Assembly (NCBI GenBank): GCA_038852285.1
Contig: JAWCKG010000005.1
Coordinates: 16,812-80,811, forward strand
From: Candidatus Bathyarchaeia archaeon
GTDB taxonomy: Archaea > Thermoproteota > Bathyarchaeia > 40CM-2-53-6 > DTGE01
Direction: 5' to 3'
DNA length: 64,000 bases
In this document: piece by piece, positions 60,273 to 64,000 of the stretch
Position numbering within the stretch: the stretch's first letter is position 1
Layout: each line of letters opens with the position of its first letter
Program-made: the position numbers and the translations under genes
Notes under the pieces: model-generated
The model's input: the letters and a program-made list of their open reading frames with translations, nothing else
Told to the model about the DNA's origin: nothing
Database searches by the model: none

Positions 60273-60674
60273 TTACTTTAGCGGCACATACATGCTGGAT
60301 CTTGACGCTCCGATTCCTGGGGTTCCATGGACCACCTTTTTGATCGGCGAAGAGAACTCGCCGAGGTAATGGCCCACCATCTCCGGCCTAATCTTTACTG
60401 GGAGAAATTCTTTTCCGTTATACACAAGAATGGTGAGGCCCACCATTTCAGGTAGGATGACCATGTCCCTGCAGTGGGTTTTTAAAACGTTTTTCCCTCC
60501 TTCCTCGCCTTTCTTCAGGTTTCTTAAATTTTCCAGGAGGACTTTCTGTTGCGGGGTCAGCCCTCTGAGAAGGGACCTCCTCTGTCTTGAAGGGAGAAGC
60601 TTGATGAACTCATCCATGGAAAGCTGTTTCAACTGTTCCAATGTATATCCACGGTACATGAATTCCTTAGGCAT
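60273..60674 (-). CDS. rps19: 30S ribosomal protein uS19 (S19p/S15e)
   Basis: [11 protein letters not shown]...[15 protein letters not shown]...VYNGKEF...[11 protein letters not shown]...[12 protein letters not shown] matches the uS19 consensus. Confidence 0.9.
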   Translation of the reverse strand: MPKEFMYRGYTLEQLKQLSMDEFIKLLPSRQRRSLLRGLTPQQKVLLENLRNLKKGEEGGKNVLKTHCRDMVILPEMVGLTILVYNGKEFLPVKIRPEMVGHYLGEFSSPIKKVVHGTPGIGASRSSMYVPLK

Positions 60675-60741
60675 TTAACGCCACCGCCGCGATATGATTT
60701 CCTTATCCTACAGTTTCTTGGTGAAAACCTTCTATTTAACC

Positions 60742-61470
60742 TCAGCGTTTAGTTCTTCCTGTTCTCTTGGCGGCGATCAACCCCACCTTACGTCCCGGAG
60801 GGGCGTGTCTTGAGATGGTGGTTGGCTTGCCTGGATGTCTATGTCTCCCGCCGCCAAATGGGTGGGAGGCGGCGTTCATCGCCTGTCCCCTGACCCTTGG
60901 CCAGGTTCCGCTTCTCGCCCTCATCTTATAATGGTTTTTGCCGGCTTTAAGTAGGGGTTTCTCGAGCCTTCCGGAGCCCGCGACAACCCCAACTGTGGCC
61001 TTGCATCGATCATCTAAGTAAACGGTTTTTCCAGAAGGTAGCTTAACCTGTGTGCCCGCCGGTGTGTGGGCTACCACCATGCAGTAGGCTCCTGAGCTCC
61101 TAGCGATCCTTCCACCGTCGCCGGGCTTTAACTCGACATTGCACACCAAGGTGCCCTCGGGAATCGAACCTAACGTCAAGATACTTCCGATCGTGGGGGC
61201 TGCGTCTCCGCCCACGGCCACCTCGTCTCCCAGGCCTAGGCCCTCTGGTGAGGGAAGGTAGAAGCTTCCCTTCCCATATAAATCGATCAACGCTAGAGGC
61301 GCTCCCCTACCGGGGTCATGGGTTAAGCCCTTCACCACTCCTCTCAGACCCGTCCTCCATGAGGTTTCATCCAGAGTCGGGTAGGAGGAGCTCGCGACCC
61401 TTCGATGTGTAGGGGAGGTGAACACGGATCCACCTCTGCCCCTCCTTCTTGCGATGATTCTTTTTCCCAT
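60742..61470 (-). CDS. rpl2: 50S ribosomal protein uL2
   Basis: MGKRIIARRRGRG...GNV...HPFGGG uL2 hallmarks. Immediately upstream of uS19 on the same strand. Confidence 0.9.
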   Translation of the reverse strand: MGKRIIARRRGRGGSVFTSPTHRRVASSSYPTLDETSWRTGLRGVVKGLTHDPGRGAPLALIDLYGKGSFYLPSPEGLGLGDEVAVGGDAAPTIGSILTLGSIPEGTLVCNVELKPGDGGRIARSSGAYCMVVAHTPAGTQVKLPSGKTVYLDDRCKATVGVVAGSGRLEKPLLKAGKNHYKMRARSGTWPRVRGQAMNAASHPFGGGRHRHPGKPTTISRHAPPGRKVGLIAAKRTGRTKR

Positions 61471-61586
61471 TTCTTCCTACCGCCTAAACTTAGCCTTAGA
61501 CACCCTGTTACTCAGACTCTTTAACTTTTTCTTTCACCAACCCCAATATTTCTTCATATAGGTATTTCATTTGGAGGACGGTTGAC

Positions 61587-62678
61587 TTGAACGTTTTAGA
61601 CCAACTGGAAACAGTTAAAGGGGTGGATAGGTTTGATATGTTAGGCAAGTTAAGGGAGATCCCACGCTACATTCCGGAAACTTTAACACGGCTCTCCAAG
61701 CTTAAGTTGAAGGCTTACGGCTTAAAATACAGTGCCGTGGTCATAGGAGGTCTAGGCGGGTCCGCAATAGGCGGGGATGTTCTCAGGGACTGGCTGAGCG
61801 GAGATATTGACGTACCCATCGTAGTGAACCGTGGTTACGGATTACCCGCCTTCGTTAATGAAAGAACTCTCTTCCTAGCTGTCAGTTATTCAGGCAACAC
61901 GTTTGAAACCCTAACCCAATTCGATGAGGCTTTAAAAAGGCGATGCGCGTTGTACGCGATTACCTCCGGCGGGCAGCTGGAGAAGAGGTGCCTCAGCTTT
62001 CATGTCCCCCTTCTGAAGGTTCCAGCCGGTCTTCCCCCGAGAATCGCCCTACCCCATCTCTTCGCTTCACTAGGGTATGTAATGTTACTGGAGGGTTTCC
62101 TCAAAGGGCTCGCCGACCTCGAGAAGGCCTCCCAAGCGATGATGAAGCTTGAGGAAAAGATCGGAATACACGTACCTTCGGAGTCAAACCCCTGCAAGAA
62201 GCTGGCTTTGAGCCTTGATGGAAAACTGCCTGTGATACTGGGGTTGGACCGCTTCTCCAGTGTAGCTCGAAGGTTCAAAACCCAGCTTAACGAGAACTGT
62301 AAGGTCCAAGCCCGGTACGAGTTAATTCCAGAGCTCTGCCACAACGAAGTCGAAAGCTTCAGGCCCACAACGGGAAAATTAGCCTCGGATTCCCCGTTCG
62401 CGTATTTTTTGATGAGAAGCGAGGCTGAAAGCGGAGTTGAGTCCGCTGTCTTCGAGGTAATAAAGGAAAAGCTAAACCGCATGGGAGTAAAGGATGTTCA
62501 CGAGATATGGGGGGTCGGCGGCCTCTTAGAAAGCCTGTTAACATCCATTTACACCGTTGACTACTTAACCTGCTATTTGGCGATTCTGAGGGGGGTCGAC
62601 CCAACCCCGGTGGAGTCCATCGAGGAGTTTAAGGTCTCCTTTAAAGAGAGGCTTCGGAGAAGCCATCAACCACCTTAA
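61587..62678 (+). CDS. Bifunctional phosphoglucose/phosphomannose isomerase (SIS-domain, crenarchaeal type)
   Basis: Double SIS-domain layout with GGLGGSAIGGD, about 360 aa. Confidence 0.75.
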   Translation: MNVLDQLETVKGVDRFDMLGKLREIPRYIPETLTRLSKLKLKAYGLKYSAVVIGGLGGSAIGGDVLRDWLSGDIDVPIVVNRGYGLPAFVNERTLFLAVSYSGNTFETLTQFDEALKRRCALYAITSGGQLEKRCLSFHVPLLKVPAGLPPRIALPHLFASLGYVMLLEGFLKGLADLEKASQAMMKLEEKIGIHVPSESNPCKKLALSLDGKLPVILGLDRFSSVARRFKTQLNENCKVQARYELIPELCHNEVESFRPTTGKLASDSPFAYFLMRSEAESGVESAVFEVIKEKLNRMGVKDVHEIWGVGGLLESLLTSIYTVDYLTCYLAILRGVDPTPVESIEEFKVSFKERLRRSHQPP

Positions 62679-62679
62679 C

Positions 62680-63978
62680 TTAACCTTTGGTCACCCCTAG
62701 GGGCGTTAACCTAGCGACCTTTCTGGCGACGCCGAGCCTATGGCTGACCTCGGCCACTCTGTCGACGTCTTTATAGGCGTCAGGAGCCTCCTCGCTTACT
62801 ACGGCCATGCTGGCGGCTCTGATCATGATCCCTTGATTTTCAAGGCTTTTTTTCACTTCTCCTCCCCAAAACCTCTTTTTAGAGGCGGCTCTGCTCAGGA
62901 TTCTTCCAGCTCCATGAGCCGTGGATCCGAAGCTCAGCTTCATCCCCGCTTCTGACCCTACCAAGAGCCATGAGCTTGTCCCCATGCTTCCAGGTATCAG
63001 CACGGGCTGTCCGACACCTCGATATTTAGCTGGAACCTTAACGTGGCCTGATGGAAAGGCCCTAGTGGCACCTTTACGGTGGACACACACTGTTTTCATT
63101 CCACCGTCGACTTCATGGTCCTCGATTTTAGCTATATTGTGGGCGACGTCGTAAATGAGACTCATTCCCAACGCGTCAGCGCTCTTCCCCAACACCTTCT
63201 CGAAAACCTCCCTGGTCCAATGTGTGATCATCTGCCTGTTCGCCCAAGCGAAGTTGCATGCTGCGGCCATCGCTGGCAAGTAATCCTCTGCCTCCTTGCT
63301 CTTCAATGGAGCGCAGGCAAGCTGTATATCAGGGAGAGGTATGTTGTATTTTCTCACAGCCCTCTCCATCACCCTAATGTAGTCATCGCAGACCTGATGG
63401 CCGAATCCTCTGCTTCCCGTGTGGACGAGAACCATTACCTGCCCCACCCGCTCGACGCCGAAAGCCTGCGCGCATTTTTCATCGTAAATCTTGTCCACCC
63501 TATCGATCTCCAAGAAGTGGTTTCCACTACCCAGACTTCCCAGCTGTGGCATTCCTCGACTCTTCGCTGTCGAGGAAACCTTATCGGGATCCGCTCCATC
63601 CATGCATCCGTTTTCTTCGCAGTGGAGCTGGTCTTCGCTCCAACCGTATCCCCTATCGATCGCCCATTGAACGCCGTCGACAACAACCTTGTTTAACTCG
63701 GTTTCCGTAACCTTGATTTTACCTCGGCTGCCTAGGCCGCATGGAATGTAATTGAAGAGAAGGTCGATTAGCTTCGAGAGAACAGGCTTTACATCATGTT
63801 CGTTCAAACTCGTCCTTATAAGCCTCGCCCCGCAGTTTATGTCATAACCCACCCCACCTGGACTCACCACGCCTTCATCGAAGTCTGTAGCGGCCACTCC
63901 GCCGATGGGAAATCCATAACCCTCGTGACCGTCGGGCAGGGTTATTGCCCATTTATATATCCCAGGCAAATGTGCCAC
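62680..63978 (-). CDS. rtcB: RNA-splicing ligase RtcB, with the N-terminus probably beyond the window end
   Basis: GYGFPIGGV, GSGNHF, CNFAW...HNIA and HGAGR motifs. The ORF runs to within 22 nt of the window end. Confidence 0.85.
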   Translation of the reverse strand: MAHLPGIYKWAITLPDGHEGYGFPIGGVAATDFDEGVVSPGGVGYDINCGARLIRTSLNEHDVKPVLSKLIDLLFNYIPCGLGSRGKIKVTETELNKVVVDGVQWAIDRGYGWSEDQLHCEENGCMDGADPDKVSSTAKSRGMPQLGSLGSGNHFLEIDRVDKIYDEKCAQAFGVERVGQVMVLVHTGSRGFGHQVCDDYIRVMERAVRKYNIPLPDIQLACAPLKSKEAEDYLPAMAAACNFAWANRQMITHWTREVFEKVLGKSADALGMSLIYDVAHNIAKIEDHEVDGGMKTVCVHRKGATRAFPSGHVKVPAKYRGVGQPVLIPGSMGTSSWLLVGSEAGMKLSFGSTAHGAGRILSRAASKKRFWGGEVKKSLENQGIMIRAASMAVVSEEAPDAYKDVDRVAEVSHRLGVARKVARLTPLGVTKG

Positions 63979-64000
63979 ATTGGCGCATTGCTCTATTGTG

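Noticed and set aside
1-64000. CRISPR array, cas genes, transposases/IS elements, integrase
   Set aside because: No regularly spaced repeats and no ORFs with Cas, transposase or integrase motifs were found. Only short tandem duplications at 59.4-59.5 kb.

Overview
This 64 kb window reads as an archaeal chromosome segment, most likely from an anaerobic, peptide- or organic-acid-fermenting member of the TACK/Thermoproteota group. Evidence for that placement: a group II chaperonin, an intron-containing tRNA, a tungsten-type aldehyde:ferredoxin oxidoreductase, ADP-forming acyl-CoA synthetases, a bifunctional phosphoglucose/phosphomannose isomerase, RtcB, and archaeal uL2/uS19. Coding density is high except for a degraded AT-rich accessory stretch at about 47.5-51.9 kb around tRNA-Leu(UAG).

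Main content, in order:
- a partial ABC uptake system (substrate-binding protein plus two permeases)
- a divergent thermosome paralog
- an aconitase-family protein
- a GlcD/GlcF-like FAD oxidase and Fe-S (CCG) pair
- AOR with a polyferredoxin
- two separate sets of ADP-forming acyl-CoA synthetase alpha and beta subunits
- a complete hdrCBA-mvhDGA operon with a convergent FrdA-like flavoprotein
- an Fbp-like ABC importer flanked by two PhoU-like DUF47 genes
- argH, a radical SAM enzyme with a DUF523 partner, a LarA-like protein, and an MFS transporter.

The most interesting candidate system is a tightly coupled five-gene cluster at 51.9-59.3 kb. It encodes ACD alpha, ACD beta, a signal-less molybdopterin (bis-PGD) oxidoreductase with a degenerate FS0 cysteine motif, a four-cluster ferredoxin subunit, and a LutB/LUD-domain protein fused to HdrD-like CCG domains.

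All family assignments rest on recognisable motifs in the supplied translations. No database searches were run.
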